Assembly (NCBI RefSeq): GCF_006345805.1
Contig: NC_043003.1
Span: 49,042,001 to 49,106,000, forward strand
Source: Octopus sinensis
Lineage: Eukaryota
DNA length: 64,000 nt
Direction of reading: 5' to 3'
Made by a program: the position numbers and the translations under genes. Position 1 is the first letter of the stretch, and every line of letters begins with the position of its first letter. The notes under the pieces are model-generated. The model had not been told where the DNA came from, did no database searches, and worked only from the letters and a program-made list of their open reading frames with translations. This document shows, piece after piece, positions 51,779-63,774 of this stretch.

Positions 51779-53848
51779 TCTAAAGCCTTTGATAGGGTAG
51801 ACCATCGATACTTGGAGGCAGTCCTGAGAGCGGCTGGTTTCGTCCCGTCTTCCGCGGCTGGATAGCTGCCTTGTACAGAGGCATCCGTTCGGTAATTCGC
51901 GTAAATGGACATCTATCGAGACCTTTCGACATTGCACACTTTCGGTCCGTCAGGGATGCCCCCTCTCGGCGCTTCTATACGTATTGACTCTGAGCCACTA
52001 CTGCGGAAGCTGGCGACTCTAAGGGGCATCCCGCGAGAATTGGGATGTCGGGACGAGCGTGTCTGCATACGCGGACGACGTCACCGTCATAGTGTCTAGC
52101 CACGAGCACATCGAGCTGGTCGGCGAGACACTGAAAAACTACGAAGCGGTGACAGGAGCGAAAATCAACCGGGAAAAGTCAGTGGGCTTGCGACTAGGCA
52201 CCTGGAGAAGCAAGCCCATGCCGTCCACCAGCGCCTCCGTCGTGGGACGCTGGACCGACGGCCCGGTTGAGTTGCTCGGGGTCTGGTTCGGTCCCGGACC
52301 TCCAAGTGGAGAAGAACTGGAACGAGATAACGAGTGGGTGGTCCCTCTCGCCGGCAATGGGCCGAGAGGAAACTGTCCCTAAAGGTCGAGCGGAGGTGGC
52401 GAACACGTACATCGCGTCCTTCATACTATACTACCGCCTGACCGTCGTACCTTGTCCCGACCCTACCATCACCAAACTACAACGCATCCTCTTTCGCTTC
52501 TTGTGGAAAGGATGCGTCCCGATGGTCAGGCGATCCATTTGCTGTCAACACCCCTAAAAAGGAGGGCTGGGCAATGCCGTGGTTGATGATGCGCAGACAC
52601 GCGCTGAGACTGCGACATCTCTGGCTCTATGTAGACGACGGTGAACAGGTGTGGTCGCCGTTTGTGAGGCACGCTTTCCCGCAGCTCGTCTCCATGACCG
52701 AACTGCAGTCGTGGATCAAAAAGAGGCCGAGGAAGGGCGAATGGCACCGCGAGTGTCGCGTTGCTCTCAAGCAACTCTGCCGTCCTGGGTCGACCTTAAG
52801 TGACTTCAACACAACCAAAGCATTCTATAGGGGTTTAGTGGAGGGGAGGTACGACGACGAGCTCGGGGCGAACCTGGACGTCGACGAGGAGTACCTGATC
52901 CGCCTGTTCGGGACGACTTTCGGGCCAGGGCCCATGGACAACTTCCAGAGATCCCTGGCCTGGCAGTGCTACCGAGAAGCGCGCTACCGTTCGGGATAAG
53001 CTCTACAGACACGCTCGAGAAACACGGGGCCGACCTGCCCGTGATGCGGTCAGAGCGACGAAACCGTTCTGCACGTACTCGTTCAGTGTCCAACAATTTC
53101 CGACCTGTGGGCTTATGTCGAACAACTGCTGTCACGTGTGGGACGAGTCGGTTTATCAGCTGAGTCTATCGTCAATATTGTCACGCCTCCTTCCTTCAAA
53201 CGGGAAGGAAGAGCTATTTTCATCATCCTTGTGGCTATGGCGAAAGAATGTATCTGGTGGACGCGTCTGAAAGGATTGGAGACAAACACTTTCCTCTCTG
53301 GTCAATCTCTCATCAACTTCTTCAAGTACCACTGAAAAGGAAGTGAGAGTAGAGAGGCAAGTTTTATCTAGCGAATGTTTTAAAAAAAGATGGGTGAATG
53401 TAGCAAGAATGGCACGTATGAATGACGAGCCACCTTGAGCATAGTCCTATGAACCCAGAAATCGAAAACAGAGAGTTGCTATTTGCAAAAAAAAAAAAAA
53501 AAAAAAAAAAAGAAATATAAAATGTGACTTCATTGACCGAGGTTACCGTGGTCTTTTCCGTAGGCTTTCTTTCCACGGGTAAACCTCACCTGTCCTCCCC
53601 TTTACACTCATATTGACATTTCTGTGATAACGATCCCTATTGATCAATTTTTTTTCCTCTCCCCCCCTTTTTTTTTTTTTTTTTTTAACCCCCCTTTTTT
53701 GTCCTCTTTCTCTCCTTTTACGATCCCTTTTGATCGAAACTCCCCCTTCCCTTTTTTTTTTTTTTTTTTTTTTTAAACCTTCAAAAGAAAAGCTCTACCT
53801 TGTAATTTGTTCTATCTGTGTACAGCCCTGTGTGGCTAATAAAGAAAC
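51779..53848 (+). mobile_element. Second, 5'-truncated copy of the Tx1 element
   Basis: Starts at SKAFDRVDH directly after (TCTA)n, nearly identical to 34545-36604, and ends gctaataaagaaaca followed by tatctatctatc. Confidence 0.96.
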
Positions 53849-54204
53849 ATATCTATCTATCAATCAATCAATCAATCAATTTATCTATATATGTAGTTTT
53901 ATATTTTTCATACTGTTGTATAAATCTCTTGCAGTTTGTTTGAAACAATAAAATTAATGCATGAACGTTTCAAGAATTCCAGCCTATCTCCAGGATGCAA
54001 ACTCTGTTGACATGTGTCACTTGCTTTAGCATATATTTTTCAAACGAACAGCAAAGAAATTATATGAAAATATGAGATATAATATAAAAGATAAAATTAA
54101 AACGTAGTTCTGTTTTTAATACAACTGTATAAGCATAGCAGTTCCCAATATATATACGAATAGGTAGTACACAAATATGCATACATACATACATACATAC
54201 ATAC

Positions 54205-54870
54205 TACATACTCAAATATATTGTCAGTGAAGACCTCAATAAAATGTAAGCACAACAGACCTGATGTAATGATTTGGGGTAGAGAAGAGAAACTGCGCAC
54301 AGTTGTAGAAATTAGCTGCCCAGCGGATGTTGACATAAAACTGAAGATGAGTGAAAAAGAGAATACCTACGCTGAACTACTGAGAAATCTGCAGTTACTT
54401 TATCCAGATTACAAGTTCAGGTTTATACCTGTAATTATTGGCGCCCTAGGATATGTAACATACTGCCTAAATACAAATCTTGAGAAATTAGGCTTCCCAA
54501 AACCAGAAAGGAGAAAACTAATTCGAAGTCTACAGATCCAATCCATCACTGAAACTGTAAACATCTGTAAAGCTTTCCAGACGCTTATCATTTAAATATA
54601 TATGAGCATGTCTAGATATGTAGCTATATGCATGAGAAGACATGCATACAACATACAAACCTTCACATCCATCCATCCATCCATCCATCCAACCATCCAT
54701 CCATCCATCCATCCATCCATCCATCCATCCATCCATCCATCCATATATACATACAAACAAACAAAAGTAACTTATTGTTGATGTTGAAATTCCAATGAAG
54801 GCGCCTTGGATCTACGTTAGAAACCGGTTTTTTCCCTATTGGTAAGAAATCTTGAAAGGAACTGAATAAC
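54205..54870 (+). mobile_element. 3' end of a REL-endonuclease non-LTR retrotransposon (R2/R4/NeSL-like) between (CATA)n tracts
   Basis: ORF 54221-54595 KHNRPDVMIW..TVVEISCPAD..KENTY..FIPVIIGALG; 3'UTR ends gaactgaataacga followed by (CATA)n. Confidence 0.88.
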
Positions 54871-55164
54871 GACATACATACATACATGCATACATATATA
54901 CATACATACATACATACATACATACATACATACATACATACATACATACTACATAGATTTATACATACATACATACATACATACATACATACATACATAC
55001 ATACATACATACATACATACACACATACACATGTACATACAGTCATAAGTACTTGTAACACTCATGACACCAGAATTGTAGAAATAGCATATTTCAGCAA
55101 AGACCTGGAAGAGAGGCCCCCTGTATTCAGAGGAATGCTTCAATTAAACATGGCAGAGTGATAA

Positions 55165-55750
55165 TATTGGTTTCAAATTCTGGCACAAGGCTAGCAAGTT
55201 CTAATGAAGGTGGGCAAGTTGATTACATCGACCACAGTGATAAACTAGTACGTATTTTATCGACATCGAAAGGATGAAAGGCATTTAAAAACAGAACTTA
55301 AAGACGGATGTAATGCCGCGAAAAATTTTGTCCGGCGTGTTAACAATTCTGCCAGCCCGCCGCCCTAAAGATAATGATAATATTCTTTCTTCTATTGATG
55401 GTACTTATTTTATTGAAGCCGAAAGGATGAAAAACAAAGTCGACCTCGGTGGAATTTGAACACAGAACGTAAAGACAGATAAAATGCTGCTAAGTATTTG
55501 GTCCGGCGTGCTAACGTTTCTTATTTCTTTACTGCCCACAAGGGGCTACACACAGAGGGGACAAACAAAGACAGACAAACGGATTAAGTCGATTATATCG
55601 ACCCCAGTGCGTAACTGGTACTTATTTAATCGACCCCGAAAGGATGAAAGGCAAAGTCGACCTCGGCGGAATTTGAACTCAGAACGTAGCGGCAGACGAA
55701 ATACGCTAAGCATTTCGCCTGGCGTGCTAACGATTCTGCCAGCTCGACGC
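55165..55750 (-). mobile_element. Cluster of SINE family B copies (a young B1 copy joined to older B2 copies)
   Basis: Full B1 at 55521-55750 whose tail abuts gaaacgttagcacgcc of an older copy at 55380-55520; another B2 at 55165-55345. Confidence 0.88.
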
Positions 55751-55799
55751 CTTAAGGATGGTAATAATATCAGTAACAAAGTATGGCTTCCCTTCTAGT

Positions 55800-56290
55800 T
55801 GCGGCTGTTGCATCACTTCATAATTCGAGGGTTATGCTTTTGCAATTCCGAAGCAGAGAATATTTGCGAAATGCGACGCCGTGTAATAGCTGTGAGTCCA
55901 AGAGAAGCTACACTTCGTATTAAGCCCTCTCATTCCCAATGTACAACCGAAAGTATCGATTATGTCACATTCCTGAAGCTGTTACCCATGTGGCCTGTAG
56001 CTTACCCAAAATGTCACCAAGATACTCATCTCTTACGGAATGATGTTGTTACTAAAACAATATGAAATGTCGTTTGTTGGAGATGCTCTGCCATAAATAT
56101 AGACAAGGCCCCTGTTATTGAATGAATATGTACATAACAACACAAGTAGTATTGATAAGGCCCTATATAGTTCGCTGGGAGAGAAAAGAAGAATTGGACA
56201 TAATCGTAGAGGTCAGCTGCTCTGTAGATGTGAATATTTCTAGCAAAATTAGTCAGAAGGAGAACATTTATATACGAATGGACAACTACT
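55800..56290 (+). pseudogene. Degenerate REL-LINE fragment related to 54221-54595
   Basis: Reads IRPYIVRWERKEELDIIVEVSCSVDVNISSKISQKENIY, aligning to NRPDVMIWGREEKLRTVVEISCPADVDIKLKMSEKENTY. Confidence 0.7.
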
Positions 56291-57409
56291 TCTAAATTTC
56301 GAAATCTTCTGCTTCTCTCCCTTTATACTAATACTGATATATATATATATAGACATACATATACATACATAAATACATACATATATATATATAATATAAA
56401 TATTATACGCACACTCACATACATACGCACATGTACACGTATATATGTACGTTCGTGTTTACAAGCATTCATACATACGCACATACTTACACACATATAT
56501 ATGTATGTGGATACACACACACTCACTCACACATACATACACACACATACTCGTACATATAGATAGTGATGATAACGATGAAGGAAACAATAGTGACGAT
56601 AGTAATTATTAAAAAAATGTTATAAAATATATAATAAACCTCAGCAAACATAACAGAGAGAGAAAAAGAGAAGGGAAGGAAGAGAGAGGGTGGGAGGGAG
56701 AGGTGAGAAAGAGAAGATAGATAGAGAGAGGTGGGGAGGAAAAATAATCTGAAAGAAATTTTGATTCACTTTGTTTTGTCCATTAAAAAAAAATAACAAA
56801 TACCAACCCCCTCCCCTCATTCACACACCGCCACCGAAAAACAAAGAATCGCCATTGAAATGACGTATTAATGGAAAAATTTTCGTAATGGAACTTTGTA
56901 TAAGAAAATTAAAATAAAATAAATTAAAATACAAATAAAATATGCCAGAATTAAATAATATTAAAAACGATTTATTAAAACTTTCAGTGAATGATTTGCT
57001 CAAAGAAAAGAAAAGCAGAAAAAGATAAGAAAAATGAGATATACCTGGACAAATATGGAAAAATACCGAAATTACTGAAATGGACGCAAACATAAATAAA
57101 CAATAAAAATTGCGAATAAAAGTTAAATGATAAAATTAAAAACATATATAACATAAATATAATTATTAATGAGAAAGTAAAGGGGGGGATAGAAAAAGAG
57201 GGAGATTGAGAGGAGGAGGGGGAGGGGGAGGATAGGTGGGTGATTGGGTGGGGGTGGGGTTGATGTTTAGAGAAAGCGAAAGTGAAAAATCTTTAATGTA
57301 ATCTCTTTCCATATAATTTATCAATATTCGTTTGGTATTGCTGTGTGGTTTTATCAAGACATTAGTGAATATTGAATTGTAGTTAGCAAGAACAACAACA
57401 ATACGCACG

Positions 57410-57478
<69 letters not shown>

Positions 57479-57824
57479 GTATGCATGTATGCTAACGGTG
57501 TATATACATGCGTAGATACATAGATAATACATATTTACTTACAGAGCCACATACGGGGTATACAAGCATTATTTCTATTAACACAAACATACTTCCAAGT
57601 GCATCATATCAGATATTTACTAACATGCATACAAGCATACATACATGCAAAAGCATATATAGATGCACACACACACACACACACACATATATACCTATAC
57701 ACAGAGACACAGTCAAATAATCATACATTATTCCTGTAATCAGACGCATATATATATATGTACAACATAGCAATCATTTGTAGTCATACACGCACACACG
57801 CACACGCACAAGTATACACATGGA

Positions 57825-58200
57825 AGCACTCCGTCGGTTACGACGACGAGGGTTCTGGTTGATCCGATCAACGGAACAGCCTGCTCGTGAAATTAACGTG
57901 TAAGTGGCTGAGCACTCCACAGACACGTGTACCCTTAACATAGTTCTCGGGGATATTCAGCGTGACACAGAGAGTGACAAGGCCGGCCTTTGAAATACAG
58001 GTACAACAGAAACAGGAAGTAAGTGAGAGAGAAAGTTGTGGTGAAAGAGTACAGCAGGGATCACCACCATCCCTGCCGGAGCCTCGTGGAGCTTTAGGTG
58101 TTTTCGCTCAATAAACACTCACAATGCGCGGTCTGGGAATCGAAACCGCGATCCTACGACCGTGAGTCCGCTGCCCTAACCACTGGGCCATTGCGCCACA
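57825..58200 (-). mobile_element. tRNA-derived SINE family D, full length
   Basis: Reverse complement tggcccagtggttagggcagcggac...ggtttcgattccc head; tail ...ccctcgtcgtcgtaaccgacggagtgcttcca. Degenerate tails near 700-885, 41500-41610 and 60985-61170. Confidence 0.88.
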
Positions 58201-58329
58201 AGTATACACATATACCTATATAAAACATACTCTCACACATCTACATACTATACATACACGCATACAATACCGAAATATATAGTTACAATAACGAAAAAGT
58301 AGGATCAAAGGTTCTTCCTGAATGTTAGG

Positions 58330-58550
58330 TTCCTGGATTCTGTTGCGTATATATTCCATCCCCAAACATCACTGGACGGAGCGCCGCTCTTGTTGCTGTA
58401 TTGTTCATTTTTGCTAGCTGAGTCGACCGGAGTAATGTGAAATCATGTATTTTGCTCAAGAAATCAACACATCGCCCTGTTCAGGAATCGAAACCTTACG
58501 TTCATGAGTGCAACAGCCAAACTACTAAGTCACGTGCCTGCACGTACTCG
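58330..58550 (-). mobile_element. Degenerate SINE family C copy
   Basis: ttttgctagctgagtcgaccggagtaatgtgaaatc...tgctcaagaaatcaacac...caggaatcgaaacc. Confidence 0.65.
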
Positions 58551-58640
58551 GTGTACATACATACATAAAGAACCACTGCGAGATTCATGGATACATTCGC
58601 CGTGACATACATATCTACATACAGTATTCATATTCATGTA

Positions 58641-58930
<290 letters not shown>

Positions 58931-58957
58931 GGGCAATTATGGTGTGAGTTTTAGGGC

Positions 58958-59302
58958 TTACAAATCTAATATTCTCCTGTCTTTCCTTAATACCGGTTCC
59001 CATATGCTATTCATATCTTCACTCGGTCTGCTTAGGAGGTTGTTGTGTCCTAGCATATGTGCTGCTTCTTTTAGTTTTCGCATTTTCCAGTGGTGTTCTC
59101 TGTCTATTATATTAACTTCACCCCACCGGGTGAGGTGGTCTCCATATTTCCATACGTGATCAGCTATACCCGATTTATCAATATCTCCTCGTGTCATAGC
59201 TATGCGATGTTCCTCTATCCTTATTTTGAGGGGGCGGCATGTTTCACCTTCGTATAACCTACCACAGCTGCATAAGATGGAGTACACGTTGTTTTTGGTC
59301 AT
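58958..59302 (-). CDS. GIY-YIG endonuclease C-terminal domain of a Penelope-like retroelement (fragment)
   Basis: VYxIxCxCG..YxGETxRxLxxRxxEH motif with Cys/His residues typical of PLE endonucleases. Confidence 0.88.
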   Translation of the reverse strand: MTKNNVYSILCSCGRLYEGETCRPLKIRIEEHRIAMTRGDIDKSGIADHVWKYGDHLTRWGEVNIIDREHHWKMRKLKEAAHMLGHNNLLSRPSEDMNSIWEPVLRKDRRILDL

Positions 59303-59416
59303 ATTCTCTTCTATTGGTAGTTTTACTCAAAGGAGATATTTGCGAAGAGTTGTATTACTCTTGAATACTGTCCTGAATACTAACCCCAAGATTCCGAATT
59401 CGGTTCTAGGCAGGGA

Positions 59417-59481
<65 letters not shown>

Positions 59482-59489
59482 TAATTAAT

Positions 59490-60297
59490 AATAATAATAA
59501 ATGCCCTGATGCAGTACCAGACAGTGGCTCTCATGGCTTCTGATCTTAACTGATTGGAAGTGTTATCATGTACATTGTTTTGTCTTGATATAAAAGATGG
59601 GCTATAGCAAATATTCTGCTCAATACCACAGATTTGCTTGTCAGTTGTTTGACCTTAACCAGTTGAGCATGTCCCTTAGTGGCTGACGATATGTGCATCT
59701 CTGATCATGAGCAGAAGTAGTTGGGGAGCATCATAGCCGTGTGTGAATGTTTCAGAGATGGAATTTATACATAGAAGAGCTTCATTAGTGATCTATAGTG
59801 AGAGGTGTTATATGACTTACCTATGCAACATAGTAATGGTTGCTTTACAACAGGGTTTATATATCTGTCTAATTCATTGAAGCTGCTTATTTTGTTGTCT
59901 TTGTCTATCCAGTTCCACCAGATTCGATCATTTGTTTCTAATCGCAGTAAATCTGGAAAACAAGTTAAATACAAATATTCATTACCATTTCTTTCTTGGA
60001 GGTTTGGATAATTTACCTTTGGAAAAATGGGTGCTTCGTTCAACATCCTTAAACAGTCCTTATTCAGGGACCTTTTGAACGGGATGGGTTACTCGACCTG
60101 AAGAAAATTCTAACTGGGTCCCACTTGCAAGGTCATGCGCTATTTGTCTTGATATGAGATCATCATGTCGCGCACATATGGTTGTGATGCATGTGTCTAG
60201 TGTACCCTTATCAGACGGGTAGTTATGATGGGTATACTGGGCTTCGTATATTTTACCCCAGTGTCACTTTGATGGCATGCACTGCTCTTTCACTCAA
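59490..60297. mobile_element. Unclassified ~800 bp insert bracketed by (AAT)n
   Basis: Non-repetitive sequence with sharp boundaries (aatgccctgatgcag... and ...ctctttcactc) between two long AAT runs; no recognisable ORF. Confidence 0.55.
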
Positions 60298-60317
60298 TAA
60301 TAATAATAATAATAATA

Positions 60318-60355
<38 letters not shown>

Positions 60356-60440
60356 TAATAATAATAATAATAACAATAATAATAACGATAATAATAATAA
60401 TAACAATAATAACGATAATAATAATATAATAATAATAATA

Positions 60441-60481
<41 letters not shown>

Positions 60482-60518
60482 CTTAGGAATGAGAACCCAG
60501 GTTCGAAACTTCTCCAAG

Positions 60519-60562
60519 ACACCTGATGAAGGCTGGAAGGTATATCAGCCGAAACGTTGTGT
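60519..60562 (+). ncRNA. Type I hammerhead ribozyme, fully canonical Penelope-type fold
   Basis: acac-CTGATGA-a-ggctg-gaaggtatat-cagcc-GAAAC-GTT-gtgt: stem I acac/gtgt, 5-bp stem II, palindromic ACGT stem III. Confidence 0.88.
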
Positions 60563-61374
60563 TAACAACAAACACGATGAGGACAAATATCTGTCAAATG
60601 TAAATAATGTACATAATTCCTCATCCCTTAAATATAGAACTGTAATATACACATACTGTCATACACATGCACACAAGCAGGTTCGCGCTCAAATACACAC
60701 ATTTATAAACATATAAACACAGTTATGCATACAGATAAGCACATACGCACACGCACACACACAAACACACATAAACAGATGAATACGCAGACACTTATAT
60801 AGGAGAAAATATTACAAAAAATCAAGTATTACCACGTACAATTATATTTTTGTTGATCACACATGTATACATATACACATATACACGCATAGAAAGCTTA
60901 CCGGACGCCCGCGAGCATACAAGCGCATGCATAATCGTGCAAACACACCCACAATGACGATAATGATGATGATGATGATGATTATGGACCCTTTGGTTTT
61001 AACGGTGTTTAGTTGTTAGATCAACTGAACAAACTACTCATTAAATTAACGTGCAAAAGTGGCCGTGTATCCCACAGACAGTATCTTTAGCATAACCCTG
61101 AGACAGAATTCGCAAGATACGATAATACGTGACAAAACTGGTTGGATCCTTTGAATTACGTGTACAATCCATTCGCCAGCGCTTCCAAATAGTTTCCACC
61201 AATTCAGTTTTATTCCCAAGTTTTAGGTCGATCCCCGCCCCCCGCCTAACAAGCTCCGGTAAAATATACTATGTCCAAGATGTCATGTAGAGGAATTGAA
61301 TTCTGGGCTCCATGATTGCGAATCGAATTTAACTACTCTGCCTTTACCATATCTATGTGCAGGTGATAGCCACA

Positions 61375-61560
61375 TGTACAGGCATGGCTGTGTGGTTATG
61401 AAACTAGCTTTGCGATCGCGTGGTTCCGAGTTCACCTTCTGCCTGCGCAGCATCTTGGGATATTTTCTTCTACTATACCCCCAGGCCGGTCAATACCTTT
61501 TGTAAGTGACTTTTGTAGGCGGAAACTGTGAGGAAATTCGTATATATATATATATATATA
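61375..61560 (+). mobile_element. SINE family A head ending in (TA)n
   Basis: ggcatggctgtgtggttatgaaactagc...ggccggtcaataccttttgtaagtgac...ggaaactg. Confidence 0.75.
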
Positions 61561-61564
61561 TATA

Positions 61565-61760
61565 ACTTGTTTGAACTTTCTGATTTTCTTACTCTGTTTC
61601 TTACTCCGTACGTTGATTTCCTCATATTCCTTTCTGTTGAAGAGCGTAGGCTCGAAACGTAAAAGACTTTCTCACTTTCCCGAGCGTCAAACTAATACAC
61701 CTTCTTGTTGTTCATGCACTTGTTTTTGTCTTTTGGTTTTCTGTAAATTTCAACTATATA
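61565..61760 (+). mobile_element. Family H1 hammerhead-bearing element inserted in the SINE's (TA)n
   Basis: ccttt-ctgttga-a-gagc-gtag-gctc-GAAAC-GTA-aaaga at 61629-61666, then ttcccgagcgtcaaactaatac; TA on both sides. Confidence 0.8.
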
Positions 61761-62029
61761 TATGTTTGTGTGTGTGTGTGTGATAAATGGATATGCTTTA
61801 GTTGTCAGAAAGAGTAGAATATTCCATTATGTTAAGTGTCGTACCTTTGCATTAATAAGTTCAGATTCCACGGAGATAGGGGTGAGTGGGACTCAAATTG
61901 GTAGAATCGTTAGAATATCAGATCAAATGTCTTGCCGTATTTGTTTCGGGTCTTTATGTTCTCAGCTCAAATTCCGCTCATCTGAATATTGCCATTTTAT
62001 TGCGTTCTGAATTTAAATCCTGCCGTTTT

Positions 62030-62260
62030 CAAATTTGCGCAGCGAAAGCTTGAACGTGACACATCGCTGCGCTCGCATCGCCCCTTCTAAGAATAGTGCG
62101 AGGTGCGTCGTTTCGAATCATCGCTCCCGAGTCGGGTCCGCACGTTCGAAACGAGCCGCTCCTCTCCTGATCGGAGACGGCCGCATATCATAGGTGTTGC
62201 GACACGACGAATGCTAAACTTCGCCATTTTTCGTATCATGATGGACAAATTAAAGTAACA
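62030..62260. other. CpG-rich, hairpin-rich island (possible promoter or structured RNA)
   Basis: Dense CG dinucleotides; stems gcgcagcga/tcgctgcgc, cgtttcgaa/ttcgaaacg, cccga/tcggg, tctcc/ggaga; motif cgccatttt. Confidence 0.4.
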
Positions 62261-62274
62261 ATCAAATACAGGGT

Positions 62275-62318
<44 letters not shown>

Positions 62319-62704
62319 CCTCTTTCTCTCCACGTGTCACATCTTGAACGTTCCACTGGGCTAATCTAATAATGAGAAGGTCAAGAAGATATCTGTATCA
62401 GCACACGAGTGCATGAGCACCAAAAGAAAAATAAGGCATTTGTGAAAAGCATGATGTCTGATACCCTGTCCACCATGTTTGGACTACATAATTCAATGTC
62501 TTTTGTTTTCTAACACAGAAGAATGTGATTTCAAGAAGATTTGGTCAGTTTCTAGAAGGTCGAATGATCAAGTAGTGATTCGTTCGTCGTCTCGCGAAAA
62601 ATCGATATCATTTAATATACTGGAATGACAAATACAGTAGTGTTTTATTTCCTTGAAGTTTTAACTTTATTTAGATCTTTAACAGAATAAATATTTTGTG
62701 CGTA

Positions 62705-62885
62705 GTGAAGCGCACAGTTGTTACACTCATGATCGTAAAATTGTGGTTTCGATTCCTTGACGGTCAGTGCGTTGTGTTCTCGAGAAAAAAACAAAACAAG
62801 ACAAAAAATCCTTCAATTTAGCTGTAAATGAGTTCCAGCAATAGCGGGGAAGCTGATCCTGCGACGACAGACTGGCGTTCCATTT
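62705..62885 (+). mobile_element. Degenerate SINE family C copy
   Basis: gtggtttcgattcc...gcgttgtgttctcgag...agctgtaaatgag...gcgacgacagactggcgttcc. Confidence 0.65.
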
Positions 62886-63639
62886 AACGTGTGAGTGTTG
62901 TAATCTCGGGTTCAACTCCGGCCTTATGAGTTCTGCGGCTCAAGACAGACCTAAGTAAGTATGTAGTGCAATCTTTCTGTGTTTGCTTGACGTAATCTGC
63001 ATTTACTCAACAGTTCTATCCCCTAAGGAAATTCAATTGTTCTCTGGATTTTATTTTTAGTTTTAACTCATCTTAATAATGAATTTTTAATTTGTTGAAA
63101 AATTGAGGAAAAGAATTGAACGAAATTGTGTTTTTGTGTATATTCAACGTGAATAATACGAATGCTAAAAAAAAAGTAATCACAATGTAATCTCCTTTAT
63201 ATAGCAAGCATAATACCTTTTGTGTCAAAAGAATTACTACCGAACAATGAACATAGAATGATAGAAATGGACAAACTAAAATTATTGTATATATTCACTG
63301 GTGCACTCATGCTTAGTTCAGTCCAATTCTTTAGATGATATTTTTCTTATAAAATTTAATCTTTTTCTTGAGTTTCGTTAAGTCTGGACTGTTTAACCTG
63401 TGCACTGTACTGTCTGTTTCTTATTCTATTTCTGTAAGGAAATGTCGATCAAAAGAAATATCTTTATTTTCATTTATACATTTACTGTATCGTATTTGTT
63501 ATTTGCTGTATCGTGTTTGTTATTTTTACCTAATAATTTGAAGTTTATTTAAGTTGCCGTAAAGTATTATGAACAATTTTTTTGAAATTCGTCAGTTCAT
63601 AGTGAGAAAGAAGAATAATGCCGAAAATGACCTTTACAG

Positions 63640-63774
63640 ACTCTGCCATACCGAACTTTAATAGATCAGTATCTGCAGGAGAAGGAGGGGAAAAATGATA
63701 ACACGGGTGAGGAGAGAATTTGCAGCTTTGTGGAGAAAAGTTTGCACAAAGAATTTGATTCAGGATATGAAGCG
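63640..63774 (+). CDS. Internal coding exon of an unidentified host gene (45 codons, phase 0-0)
   Basis: Acceptor cctttacag|, donor GCG|gtgagt; 135 nt open in the phase-0 frame: TLPYRTLIDQYLQEKEGKNDNTGEERICSFVEKSLHKEFDSGYEA. Confidence 0.62.

Larger units (their letters stand above)
59375..60640 (+). mobile_element. Inverted partial terminal repeat of the same Penelope-like element, interrupted in its (AAT)n
   Basis: 59375-59420 is the reverse complement of the 3' half of 58858-58900; the (AAT)n resumes at 60297 and runs into cttaggaatgagaacccagg...hammerhead. Confidence 0.7.
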
